Positions 11,975-22,345 of a stretch of 64,000 bases of DNA are shown one piece after another (within the stretch, counting starts at the first letter, position 1; each line of letters starts with the position of its first letter). A program made the position numbers and the translations under genes. Under the pieces are notes generated by a model. It did no database searches. It worked only from the letters and a program-made list of their open reading frames with translations, and was not told where the DNA came from. The DNA lies in NCBI GenBank assembly GCA_022605425.2, contig CM061247.1, forward strand, positions 620,001 through 684,000, read 5' to 3'. This stretch comes from Hamiltosporidium tvaerminnensis FI-OER-3-3 (taxonomy: Eukaryota > Fungi > Microsporidia).

Positions 11975-12674
11975 AAAACAGTAGCGAGTGTTAGATTGTT
12001 TTAATGAGATTAAAACAATTCTAGATTGAACATAAACAACTGCTTCATCAACACTCCATCGGTATCCCCTACAATACCTACACCTCAAAGCCTTTCATCT
12101 CTAGGGGTATAGAACATGATTAGTTCACGGGTTAGTTGTTAGGAGTTTGCTAATCTCAGTGGCATAGAATGTGATCAAAGATCGGAACCCATCTTAGTCT
12201 CTCCCAAGAATATATGGTATTCCCACCTATTCTACACTTTACGACCCAATAAAATTCTTCCTAAGATATATCTCGGTGAGTTAAATAAGGTCCACATAAA
12301 CAGTTTAATGTTTTACCAAACGGTATAACCTGCTATATAGCTTTCCTGGTTCCTTGCTAAGTATACTTTCCCGCCTCTTAATGCACTTAGTCATACAAAA
12401 CGAGCGAACAAGGCTAGGTTTTCATGCTTTTGCATGTTAATCACCACAATTTCAGCTGTTGTGTTAAATTTAGTTACATAAAAAACCAAAAAAAATTGTA
12501 GAAAAGGTTTGCCATTTCATAGCCTTTCCCCTTCCCATACAAACTCAAATAATACAACCGAAAATCTAGTGCGATTTCATTCCAACCAAAAATTTAAACA
12601 ACGATAATCACATCGATTTCAAATACTCATTTCCAAGTATATGGTTCATTATTAGGTTATCTAGCCACCACCAG
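11975..12674 (-). mobile_element. ~690-bp dispersed element, copy C (full length)
   Basis: Colinear with copy E from aaaacagtagcgag through ggtatcccctacaatacc to ggttatctagccaccacca. Confidence 0.85.
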
Positions 12675-12709
12675 TAATATAAAATAAATTTTTTAAATTC
12701 TATATTATA

Positions 12710-15136
12710 CAGTTTTTTCTCTAGTTTCGAGTTTGTAAGTATCGTAAATTAGCTTCCAAATCGGAAAGCTTCTGTAATAGACGATGTTTATGATTGTTAA
12801 TCAAGAAACTAACCACTCTTCTCAATTAAATTCATCTTTTACGAAGGTTATATGTTTAGAAGGTGTACTTCATGCTGATTGGTTTTAATACGGGTTTACG
12901 TATTTTATACCGATAGGAATACCGCGAAGATGCCCTAACTATAGGCTAATCATCTTGTACACTCAGCCACTATCAGTTAATGACAAAATGTCTAAAAAAA
13001 CACTTCAGGTTTAACTATACGGAGGGTTGCCCGAGAAACCCAATTGCAGCGGTAAGAGGTGTACAGGTAGCAAAAAAACTCGCCCTATTTAATTTTAAGG
13101 CGTATAAGAAGCACGGAAAAGAACAAAAGACAACGTAGATTGATGCAAGAAAAGATTATAACCCAATAGCTCATGTACATTTGAATAATGCACCAAATAC
13201 CTTTATTTAACGAATTAGAACAAGCAATTTAGCCAAGTAACAATATCAAAATGGGAATAAAATATTTCTGTACGGCGCAAAAAAATATGGGCAAGAATCT
13301 TGAGAAAGATGTTTTGCAAAGAGATAGTTTTTCATCTTTGCTTTTTGTGATTATATAAATTCATTGAGCCGCAAACTCAAAGAAAAATACATATTGATGT
13401 AGGCTCTCAACTCCAATCATCGCTTGTTCATTAATGATCTTAAGTTTCGTGCAATTTACAGCTTAACGCTAAGATACATCACAGGCGAGACTAGAGAATT
13501 TTAAAAGCAATTGGATTTGAGATAAACGAATAGAAGTCAGCCAGGAATGATACATTTTGCAAAGAGGTCGCTAATTTTCTAGAAGATGTTGGTTTTTACG
13601 ATTTTTTAAGATTTTTTGAGATAGAAGAAGGGTTCAGACACTTAAGTTATTCGAAGAAGTAAGAAGCAAACACATATCAAGAAGTGAAAAGGTTTGTCAC
13701 TCCAAATTAATCGCAAAAAAATATTTTCTGTAATAAATATACCTGCGATATCATTGAAAATCAGCACATAGAAGTACTTTGACTTGAACGAGCTGACTTC
13801 TATAAGTTTATACTGCAGGGCTTGTTAATAATAAGGTACATATTTGCTCAGAATGTAATGGCTCTGTTTTTTTTACTAGAACAAAACATGGAGGAGATTT
13901 AAGAGGTGTTGAGTTGCAAAGCAAACATATGGTTCTTCAGCTCTTGAATTTTTTGAGAAAGGGTAAGAAATATCGACTAGGCGAGACGCAATTAAAGGTG
14001 AAATATTAATGAAGCTGATCTTACACTTATAAAAAGCGTTTATAAAATGAATTATAGGTTGAAGTAAGTTACTAAGAAGAGTTTAGAAAAAAGACAACTT
14101 GTAAAATCATATAACGAATTAGAATCACTGAAACTTCTTTGTAAGCTATATAATGCAAGAAAAAATGGGCTTTTATGTGTGATTGGCTCTTTAAGATGGC
14201 TGAATAAAGGGAATATAAGGCCACGTAATGAAGCGGTGTTCTGCTATATTTAGGTTAGAAATGTATTCCAAGGAGAAGATGGTGTGTCTCAACACTGCGG
14301 ACGGTCTGGTAAAATCATAGATTATCAAGCGACTAGATGGACCAAATCTCTAGGTCATGCATTACCAGATGGTAAAATGAACCAGTTAGAAACCAGCACC
14401 TTCCACTTCTAAAAAAAAAAAATTAGGTCTTTAAAACGAATTTGGGGTCCCTCGGTCGGAAAATTTCTTGATAATGAGGATTCAGATATAATAGTGTACA
14501 CCAGGATAAAACCTGATGTCAAAATTTAAATAATAGGCCAGATATATTCATTCCAAAGAAAAGACAGAATAATATAACCCTTAGTGAATAATGAATATTC
14601 TCCCAACTCAATACAAATAAGTTAAACTAGAACTTAGGAAGTTTGGGCTACTAGCGAATGAGTTGGCTTTTTTAAAACCTTCGTTTGATGTAGTCTATGT
14701 ATGCGATGACTTGAGATGGTATAGAGACAAAATATCATAATTAACACCCAAACAAGCCACTAATACCTCATAATGTAGCGACATACCTCCAGTCGATAGT
14801 ACTTAACAAGACAGTTGAAAAAAATTCTATTGATCGACGAAGAGGAGTTGCGTTGAACTCCAGGCCCAAGAGAACTGGGAAAAGGCGTCAATGGGGCTAC
14901 CAAAGAGCGCATATATATGAGAAACCAACATCATTTTAAAACAAGCGAGTAGAAACAAAGAAGATCTTAAACATTTAAAAACAAAAAGCATTACACTTCT
15001 TATTTCTGAAGGAGAAACCAGGTTAGCGGAAACGACGATAAACATACGTGAAGAGTCGGTAGGGGCAAAGGAGATAGAATAAAATAAATGAAAATGATAA
15101 AAAAAATAGGTTACATTGAATTTTATCAAAAAAAAT
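12710..15136 (+). mobile_element. Degenerate R4/Dong-like non-LTR retrotransposon (RT + zinc knuckle + RLE), 5'-truncated
   Basis: 14150-15136 aligns with the reverse complement of 36926-37940. Upstream broken frames show RT-like remnants (VRGVQ near 13050, LQRDSFSSLLFV near 13315, NHRLFINDLK near 13415). Many stops and frameshifts. Confidence 0.85.
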
Positions 15137-15396
15137 ACGTTTAAAATGATCATATTTTATTATAATTCTCGGAGTTCGGCACAAAATAATAAATTTGACG
15201 CCAGAACAGTCGTTTTCTGCCGAAAAAAAGCACAAATGCGATTTTTTTAAAACCCTGTTTGATTAAACAGAGAATTTGCTAAATTTTACTTTTGACCAAG
15301 GTAAAATTCAGCAGGTTGGGGGAGGGTAGAATACTGATGTTTCAGTATAAATACGGCATATTTTGAATGTAAATAATATTTTAATTTCTTGATTTT

Positions 15397-16088
15397 TCGA
15401 GGGGGGGATAAGCACATAAAAAACTTTCCGCGGCAAGAAGTATGTGTGATTGGTATGAAGATCATTTTTATGATTTTAGGCTAAATGAAATCATACTGGA
15501 TTTTCAGTTGCATTATTGAGTTTGTATGAAAGAGACAAAATCTATGTAATGGCGAAACCTTTTCTACAAATTTATTTTATAGTTTTTTATGTAACTATAT
15601 CGCAGACAACAACTGAACTTATAGGTAATTAAAATGTAAGAGCATGAAAACCTAGCCTTTCTCATTCAAGTTAGAACTCTTAGCGCCTGAGAGAGACAAA
15701 AACAAAACCCTTTCCAAAGCTAGGAATGCCAAGTAGCAGGTTGTATCTGAAGATATGGCATTGTTTTGTCTAAAGGCCTCAACGCAAGTCGCCAATATAT
15801 TTCTTAGCAAGAATTTTTTTGGATTCAAAAATTGTAGAGTAAGTGGTAATGCTGCATATTTACAAAAGAGCCCAGGGTAGTTGACTTATGATCTTATTCC
15901 ATGCAATAGACATTAACGCATCGTGGGTAACTTTCTCGCCTATTGATTAGATTATAAACACCTTTCAGATAAAATTGTTTTTGATTTATGTATTGTACAT
16001 ATAGTGATGGAATTTTAGTGGAGCAGTTCTTTAAATTAAACCTATAATTGGTCATGTTATAAAAAAATATAACTCTTGTCACTGTTTT
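15397..16088 (+). mobile_element. ~690-bp dispersed element, copy D (full length)
   Basis: gagggggggataagcacataaaaaactttc ... aaaccttttctacaaattt ... cttagcgcctgagaga ... aagtagcaggttgtatctg ... gtcactgtttt. Confidence 0.85.
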
Positions 16089-16846
16089 ACAAATTTTAGA
16101 TATTTTTTGAATAAAAAATTCTAAACTTGTCTAAATACTTAGATTCTATAAATAACACTTTAGAGGATTATTTTTAGGGTTTTTAAATACGATTGGTGCG
16201 TATATAACCTCATATACATCTTTAAGATATTATATTTATATTGCCTTAATTTATATCGGATTTTATAAAATATACTCGAATAATAGTTTCTTTAATATGA
16301 CTCATTATTTTTAAATTATTTTTTTGCTGAATAAAGATTTATCTTTATTTCCTTGGATTCTAATATTATATTCATGCAAAATATGTTATTTAATTAAGAT
16401 TTATCTGTACTGCGATGTTTCTTTGAAGCTGTTATATAAAATACGAGAATCTATTTTGAATGCAAAAGCCAAACCAGTTAATATATTATATGACACACAT
16501 ATAAATTATTTGAAAATATCGCTTCTTGATAAAAATGCACATTTTACTACAAAAACTTAGGATTCTTAATACGAAAATGTAAAAATTTATTTTCTAATTT
16601 CGTGTAATCGAAAAAATAGACATTTGCATTTTATGTCATTGCAATCATGTCTTTATTTAAAATATGATAAATTCATTTCTTTAAATAAAAGAATTATATA
16701 ATTGATATTTGATAGTAGCTGATCATATTTATACAAAATAAATTTATATTTAAGTTTAAATTTAATTCAAAGAAAATTGCAATTACCGGCTGCTTAATAA
16801 CAAAATTATTATTACAAAGAAATAAAGGAAAAATAGAGGATTAATA

Positions 16847-18307
16847 TTATTCGGAGTTTAATTCGGGATATAATGCACTGATTCTCTCTTCGATTTGCAT
16901 CAAAAGCAAATTTTGTTTAATTTCATAAATTTCCTCAAAACTGGTTGCAATATTTAATGCATTTTCAAACCATGACCTACATTTTTTGTCATAAACCATG
17001 AGAAGAGACTTGGCATATAAAATATACGATTTACAAAAAGTTGAATCAACTTCAATCGCCTTTAAATAATTTTGCATAGCCAGTTCATTTTTTGATGAAA
17101 CCTCATGCAAAAGTCCCATATAAATATAAGGCCTTGGATCATCTGAAAATCTTTTTATCATTTCCTTAACCAATTCTATTGCAGAGTTATAATCGGAAAA
17201 TTGTAAATATACATCACAAACAACAGACATCAGATCTACCTTATCAAAAAATTCATTCCTACATTTTTCAAGTAGTTTATATACCATTTCACCCGTAGAT
17301 TCATTCGACATTAAATTATATATTTTCACCAAAAAAATAAAATGATAATTTGAATCAATCAATTCCGCCTTTTCAAGCATTTCATTGGATTTTCCAAAAT
17401 CTTTAATTTTTGTAAAAATTAAAGCAGCATAACACAAAATAAATACATCATTACATTCATTACTAATAATTTCATCCAAAATATTGCTATATTTATATTC
17501 AGGATCCTCTGAATTAATATATTCTAACATTATTACTGAATATAAAAAATTATTCTGACTAAAATATTCCTTTGCTTGTTCAATATTCCCCCTACAAAAC
17601 TCAATACCACCCTTAACAAACATTATGAGTTCTGTATTTCCCTCAAATACAATCAGTTCTTTATATTCTTTTGAATCCAATAATTTCATAATTAAATTAT
17701 CCTTTTCATCAGAAACAAAATTTTCCAAATTTTTAATTTTAGAAAAAAAATCATTTAATACCGTAAAAGGTAAAAAATCTCTTTTAATTTTTAAATATTC
17801 AATCGTTTCAATTCTAGTCTTTTCATTTAAAAGAGAATTTGCTATACTTTTTGATTTATCAGAATTTTTATCATTTCTATATTTTGAGACCACAGAAAGA
17901 ACAAAAGAATAGAAAAGTGCATCATCTGTATTATTAAGCTTAATATTGGTCTCCATATAAATTCTTAGTGCTTTTAAATTTTTATTATCAATTCTAAGCG
18001 TTTTCGATGAAAATATTAGTGAATTTTTATAATCCTGTAGGAGAAAATAACAAGTCGATATATTATTATAAATAAAAACTCTTTCTATATTGTCTTCTTC
18101 CAATAAAGATTCTGCTTCAAGATACAGTTGAAGTGCCTCTTCTATTTTATTATGTTTAAATAGCATATTTCCCTCCTGTTTTAAACCCGAAGATCTTTCT
18201 ATATTTCTTTGTTTTCTTCTCTGTTTGATTTTATTATAAAAAATAAAAGAAGTACCGACCAAAGCAATACCAGCTGTAATTATTGCGCCAATAGATTTTT
18301 TAGACAT
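16847..18307 (-). CDS. TOM70: Mitosomal/mitochondrial import receptor Tom70 (N-anchored TPR protein)
   Basis: N-terminal hydrophobic anchor (IGAIITAGIALVGTSFIFY), basic linker, clamp TPR LKQEGNMLFK...EEALQLY, YNNISTCY, further C-terminal TPRs. CCC motif upstream at 18313-18315. Confidence 0.85.
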   Translation of the reverse strand: MSKKSIGAIITAGIALVGTSFIFYNKIKQRRKQRNIERSSGLKQEGNMLFKHNKIEEALQLYLEAESLLEEDNIERVFIYNNISTCYFLLQDYKNSLIFSSKTLRIDNKNLKALRIYMETNIKLNNTDDALFYSFVLSVVSKYRNDKNSDKSKSIANSLLNEKTRIETIEYLKIKRDFLPFTVLNDFFSKIKNLENFVSDEKDNLIMKLLDSKEYKELIVFEGNTELIMFVKGGIEFCRGNIEQAKEYFSQNNFLYSVIMLEYINSEDPEYKYSNILDEIISNECNDVFILCYAALIFTKIKDFGKSNEMLEKAELIDSNYHFIFLVKIYNLMSNESTGEMVYKLLEKCRNEFFDKVDLMSVVCDVYLQFSDYNSAIELVKEMIKRFSDDPRPYIYMGLLHEVSSKNELAMQNYLKAIEVDSTFCKSYILYAKSLLMVYDKKCRSWFENALNIATSFEEIYEIKQNLLLMQIEERISALYPELNSE

Positions 18308-18808
18308 TCCAAGGGTTTATATATTGTCCGTTAATTTTATTGGAAAAATGTAAATATTTTTCAACAAAAAAAAATTCTCAGAAATATTCATTAGATTTAT
18401 TTAAAGAATTCTCATTTATTTATAGCTGTTATACTCTGCCAAAGAACTAAAAATGAATTTGTATTTGAATATAATTTATTCCTTTATGAATACTAAATAA
18501 GTAAATACAAAAAAAACCAAAATAAATTATTCTTAGATATAATTTATTTATCTAAGAATATAAAGCAGCAATAAACCAAAATAAATCATAAAACTGATTT
18601 ATTTCTTAAAATATATTAATTAAATTATTTATGCAAAATTACAAATATTTTTTTATTCTGAAAGTACATTTTAAAATCTCTAATAAGTTAAAAGAAAATA
18701 AATTTTCATAACATTTGCCATAAATTCCGATACAAATTTTACAAACAGTTTATTTATTAAACCAATATTTCTTTTAGTATTTTAAAAATAATTTCTTATT
18801 CGACTAAT

Positions 18809-18990
18809 ACTTTCATCTGATCATTTTAATTAACACCTTTCCGCTTATTAGTATTATTCTAATAAAAAAAGCGGATTTATCTAACTAAGACTTTCACTTG
18901 ATCATTTTAATTTACAATTACTATTGTTTTTATAATAAAAAGCGGATTTATCTAACTAAAACTTTCATCTGATCATTTTAATTTACAACT
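18809..18990. repeat. ~70-80-bp imperfect tandem repeat (~2.4 units) upstream of RAD52
   Basis: actttca..tgatcattttaat occurs 3 times and aaaaagcggatttatctaactaa occurs twice. Confidence 0.85.
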
Positions 18991-19058
18991 TTACTTTTTT
19001 TATTTCAAAATACAAATTTTTTAAAAATAATTTAATATCCGATAAGGGTGTTATCAAC

Positions 19059-19670
19059 ATGAAAAAAGAGAAAAATAACGATTCGTCAATATCATTATCA
19101 AGAAGAAACAAGATATCAAAAGAACTTGAAAAACGACTTGGCCCAGAATTTATAAGTTATAGACCAGGTTTTGGTGGATCAAAAGTGGCATATATAGAAG
19201 GATGGACAGCAATAGCACTAGCGAACAAAATATTTGGGTATGACGGATGGTCATCAGAAATAAAAAACATGAATATCGATTATATGGACGTAGAAAACAA
19301 AAAAGTAAGTATCGGTGTCTCCTGTGTAATAAGAATTACATTACAAAATGGAAATTACAAAGAAGATGTTGGATTTGGCAGTTCAGAAAACCAAAGATTT
19401 AAAAGTGAAGCGTACCAAAAAGCCAAAAAAGAAGCGGCCACAGATGCACTAAAAAGAGCCTTAAGACAGTTTGGAAACTGTCTTGGTAATTGCTGCTATG
19501 ATAAAGAATTCCTCAAAGACATACAAAAAATCACCAAACAAGAAAATCATAAAATTGATACCAACAATCTCTTCAGAAGATATGAATTCTTTAAATATGA
19601 AGGTCTTAATACTAAAGAAAACTCAAGTGATATGTCATTTGAAATGGGTAATCTTGATTCTAATATTTAA
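19059..19670 (+). CDS. RAD52: DNA repair/recombination protein Rad52/Rad22 (N-terminal annealing domain)
   Basis: LEKRLGPEFISYRPGFGG.KVAYIEGW, ANKIFGYDGWS, YKEDVGFG, KAKKEAATDALKRALRQFGNCLGNCCYDK. Confidence 0.96.
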   Translation: MKKEKNNDSSISLSRRNKISKELEKRLGPEFISYRPGFGGSKVAYIEGWTAIALANKIFGYDGWSSEIKNMNIDYMDVENKKVSIGVSCVIRITLQNGNYKEDVGFGSSENQRFKSEAYQKAKKEAATDALKRALRQFGNCLGNCCYDKEFLKDIQKITKQENHKIDTNNLFRRYEFFKYEGLNTKENSSDMSFEMGNLDSNI

Positions 19671-19859
19671 GATTGAAAGTATGTATTACTGTTTATTTAT
19701 AATTTATTTACAATTAGATTTACAAATTTCTAATTTAATTTTAAGTAAATAAAATAATTTATATTAAATACTTAGTTATAGTTATACAGCAAATATTAAA
19801 GATAATTTTAATTAAAAAAAATAAATTATAAAAAATAATTTTAAATAAAAAAAATAAAA

Positions 19860-19863
19860 ATTT

Positions 19864-19929
<66 letters not shown>

Positions 19930-19939
19930 AAAAAAAAAA

Positions 19940-20013
<74 letters not shown>

Positions 20014-20325
20014 AATAAAAAAAAACAATAAAATAAAAAAAAAAAAACCACCCAAAAAAAAAACAAAAAAACCCCCCACCCACCCCCCCCCCAAAATTAA
20101 AAAAAAAAAAAAAAAAAAATAAAAAAAAACCCTCTCTTTTTTTTTTTTTTTTTTTTTTATTTTTCCCAAAAAAAAAAAAAACCCCCCCCCCCCCCCCCCC
20201 CCCCCCTACCCCCCCCCCCCCCCCCCCCTTCACACCCTTAAACAAAAAAAAAAAAAAAAAAAAAAAAATAAAAAATTTTAAAAAAAAATACTTTTTTTTT
20301 TTCCCCACTTTTAAAAAAAATTTTT

Positions 20326-20368
<43 letters not shown>

Positions 20369-20440
20369 AAATATTTTATTTTTTAAATTTTTTAAAATTA
20401 TTTTTTTTTTTTTATTTTTTTTTTTTTTTTTTTTTTTAAT
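19860..20440. repeat. Homopolymer/low-complexity block (poly-A, poly-C, poly-T), probably a low-quality consensus
   Basis: Near-pure A at 19869-20050, C runs at 20070-20230 and T runs at 20290-20437. Confidence 0.9.
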
Positions 20441-20660
20441 CTTAAATTTATAATTATTTACTTATAAATCAAATTAAAATCTTTTATCTTTAATATTTAG
20501 AAATATACTTTTTAAAGAAATAAAATTAATTTAAGATTTAAAAATAATTTTGATTATAAATTTTTATAAAAAAGTATTATTTATATAAGTAATATATTAC
20601 CTTTTAAATTCTATAATTTTTACCTAATAAATACCCCTTCCTAAGTCTTAATTTCCTTTA

Positions 20661-20931
20661 TTTACTATTTCCTTTTGTAATCCTTATTACTCCTTTAAAA
20701 TGTTCTATTTTTCTTACCTTTTAATATTTCCTTTTGTAATCCTTATTACTCCTTTAAAATGTTCTATTTTTCTTACCTTTTACTATTTCCTTTTGTAATC
20801 CTTACTACTCCTTTAAAATGTTCTATTTTTCTTACCTTTTAATATTTCCTTTTGTAATCCTTACTACTCCTTTAAAATGTTCTATTTTTCTTACCTTTTA
20901 CTATTTCCTTTTGTAATCCTTATTACTCCTT
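20661..20931. repeat. 59-bp tandem repeat, ~4.6 units
   Basis: Unit ttta(c/a)tatttccttttgtaatcctta(t/c)tactcctttaaaatgttctatttttcttacct; it shifts 1 bp per 60-bp line. Confidence 0.95.
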
Positions 20932-20985
20932 AAAAAAATAAATATTTAAATTCCAATTTAAAAACATATCCCTTTATAAAAAAAC

Positions 20986-21070
20986 CTTATTTCTACTTCA
21001 ATTTATTTCTTTCTACTTCAATTTATTTCTTTCTACTTAAATTTATTTCTTTCTACTTAAATTTATTTAC
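20986..21070. repeat. 20-bp tandem repeat, ~4 units
   Basis: ttctactt(c/a)aatttatttct repeated. Confidence 0.92.
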
Positions 21071-21089
21071 TTATCTTAAAAACAATTTT

Positions 21090-21452
21090 CTCCATTAAAA
21101 ATACTCCTTCTAATTATAAAACCATTCTTTCTATTAAAAACAAACCCTTCCATTAAAACTACCCCTTCTAATTATAAAACCATCCCTTCTATATTTAAAA
21201 CCATTCTTTCTATTAAAACTATCCCTTTTATATTTAAAACTATCCCTTCTATATTTAAAACCATCCTTTCTAATTTAAAACTATCCCTTTTATATTTAAA
21301 ACTATCCCTTTTATATTTAAAACTATCCCTTCTATATTTAAAACCATCTCTTTCTATATTTAAAACCATTCTTTCTATTAAAAAAAGTCCCTTCTATTAA
21401 AACTATCCCTTTTATATTTAAAACCATTCCTTCTATATTTAAAACCCCCTCT
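21090..21452. repeat. ~19-21-bp minisatellite directly upstream of the SFT2-like gene
   Basis: Unit aaaac(t/c)atccctt(t/c)tatattt, roughly 17 degenerate units. Confidence 0.92.
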
Positions 21453-21520
21453 AAATTTTCTTATCTTTAAGTTTTGATTGGTTAAAAAAGGAATAAAAAT
21501 GTTTGAAAAACAACCCCTTT

Positions 21521-22069
21521 ATGTTACACAATGATCCGTTGAGGAAAGCATTTGAAGTCGATGAAAAGCCAAGATTTGATTTTAAAATACCAGTTTATTA
21601 CAGAAAAACATACAAAGAGTCTCGTTTCGTAGATTTAGAATTCTTTGGACTGAGTTACTATCAAAGAGCAGTTTGTTTTCTTATTTTCTTTGGATTAGGA
21701 ATATTTACATTTATATACAGCATGTTCAACATTTTAAGTGCATTTTTTAATCCTGCAAAATTTGCTTTTCCCTACGCTTTGTCCAACTTTTTGTTGTTTT
21801 CTATGATGGGATTTGTTTTGGGATTTCGAACATATTTGGGTGGTATTTTTCAAAAAGATAAACGGCCTTATACTGTCATGTTTCTGGCGAGTACTTTTAT
21901 TACGCTGTACAGTGCTATAAAAATACGAAGTTATTTTCTTAACTTTGCATTTGCTATACTACAGGTGACGAGCTTTGTTGTGTTTGTATTTACTTTTGTT
22001 CCAGGTGGTACAAAAGGACTTTCTGGTATTTCAAAGATGTTGTTTGCTAGATTTACACTGCTTAAATAA
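21521..22069 (+). CDS. SFT2: SFT2/Got1-family vesicle transport membrane protein
   Basis: GLSYYQR...F, NPAKFAFPYALSN, four hydrophobic segments, TFVPGGTKGL. ATG at 21521 follows CCCC; the track start at 21503 is TTG. Confidence 0.85.
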   Translation: MLHNDPLRKAFEVDEKPRFDFKIPVYYRKTYKESRFVDLEFFGLSYYQRAVCFLIFFGLGIFTFIYSMFNILSAFFNPAKFAFPYALSNFLLFSMMGFVLGFRTYLGGIFQKDKRPYTVMFLASTFITLYSAIKIRSYFLNFAFAILQVTSFVVFVFTFVPGGTKGLSGISKMLFARFTLLK

Positions 22070-22134
22070 ATGAATGTCAATTGTTTGTTATTTTTTTTAT
22101 TTAAGAAATGTTGGTTTATAATATCTTTACTTGT

Positions 22135-22345
22135 TTTTAAATAATTACTAGTTAAGTCTTTAAAATTAATGTTAGTTAGTCATTTTATTTCTTTTAATGG
22201 TTTTAGTTGTCTTTCTTTAAATAATTACTAGTTAAGTCTTTAAAATTGATGTTCATTATTCGATTTTATTTCTTTTAATGGTTTTACTTGTTATTCTTTA
22301 AATACTTACACTCTAAAATTTTAAAATTAATGTTAGTTAGTCAAT
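22135..22345. repeat. ~80-bp imperfect tandem repeat (~2.6 units) downstream of SFT2
   Basis: ttaaataattactagttaagtctttaaaatt.atgtt occurs twice, followed by a degenerate third unit. Confidence 0.8.

Noticed and set aside
12130-12205. tRNA-Ser-like stretch (tgctaatc...gaacccatc) within the element
   Set aside because: No cloverleaf, the T-loop motif is not conserved among copies, and it lies on the strand opposite the inferred RNA sense.
19759-20308. Poly-Phe/Gly ORFs on the minus strand
   Set aside because: They are translations of homopolymer runs.
21172-21369. 65-aa repetitive ORF
   Set aside because: It is the antisense reading of the 21-bp minisatellite.
20661-21452. CRISPR-like appearance of the short repeats
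   Set aside because: The units are head-to-tail with no unique spacers, there are no cas genes, and the context is eukaryotic.
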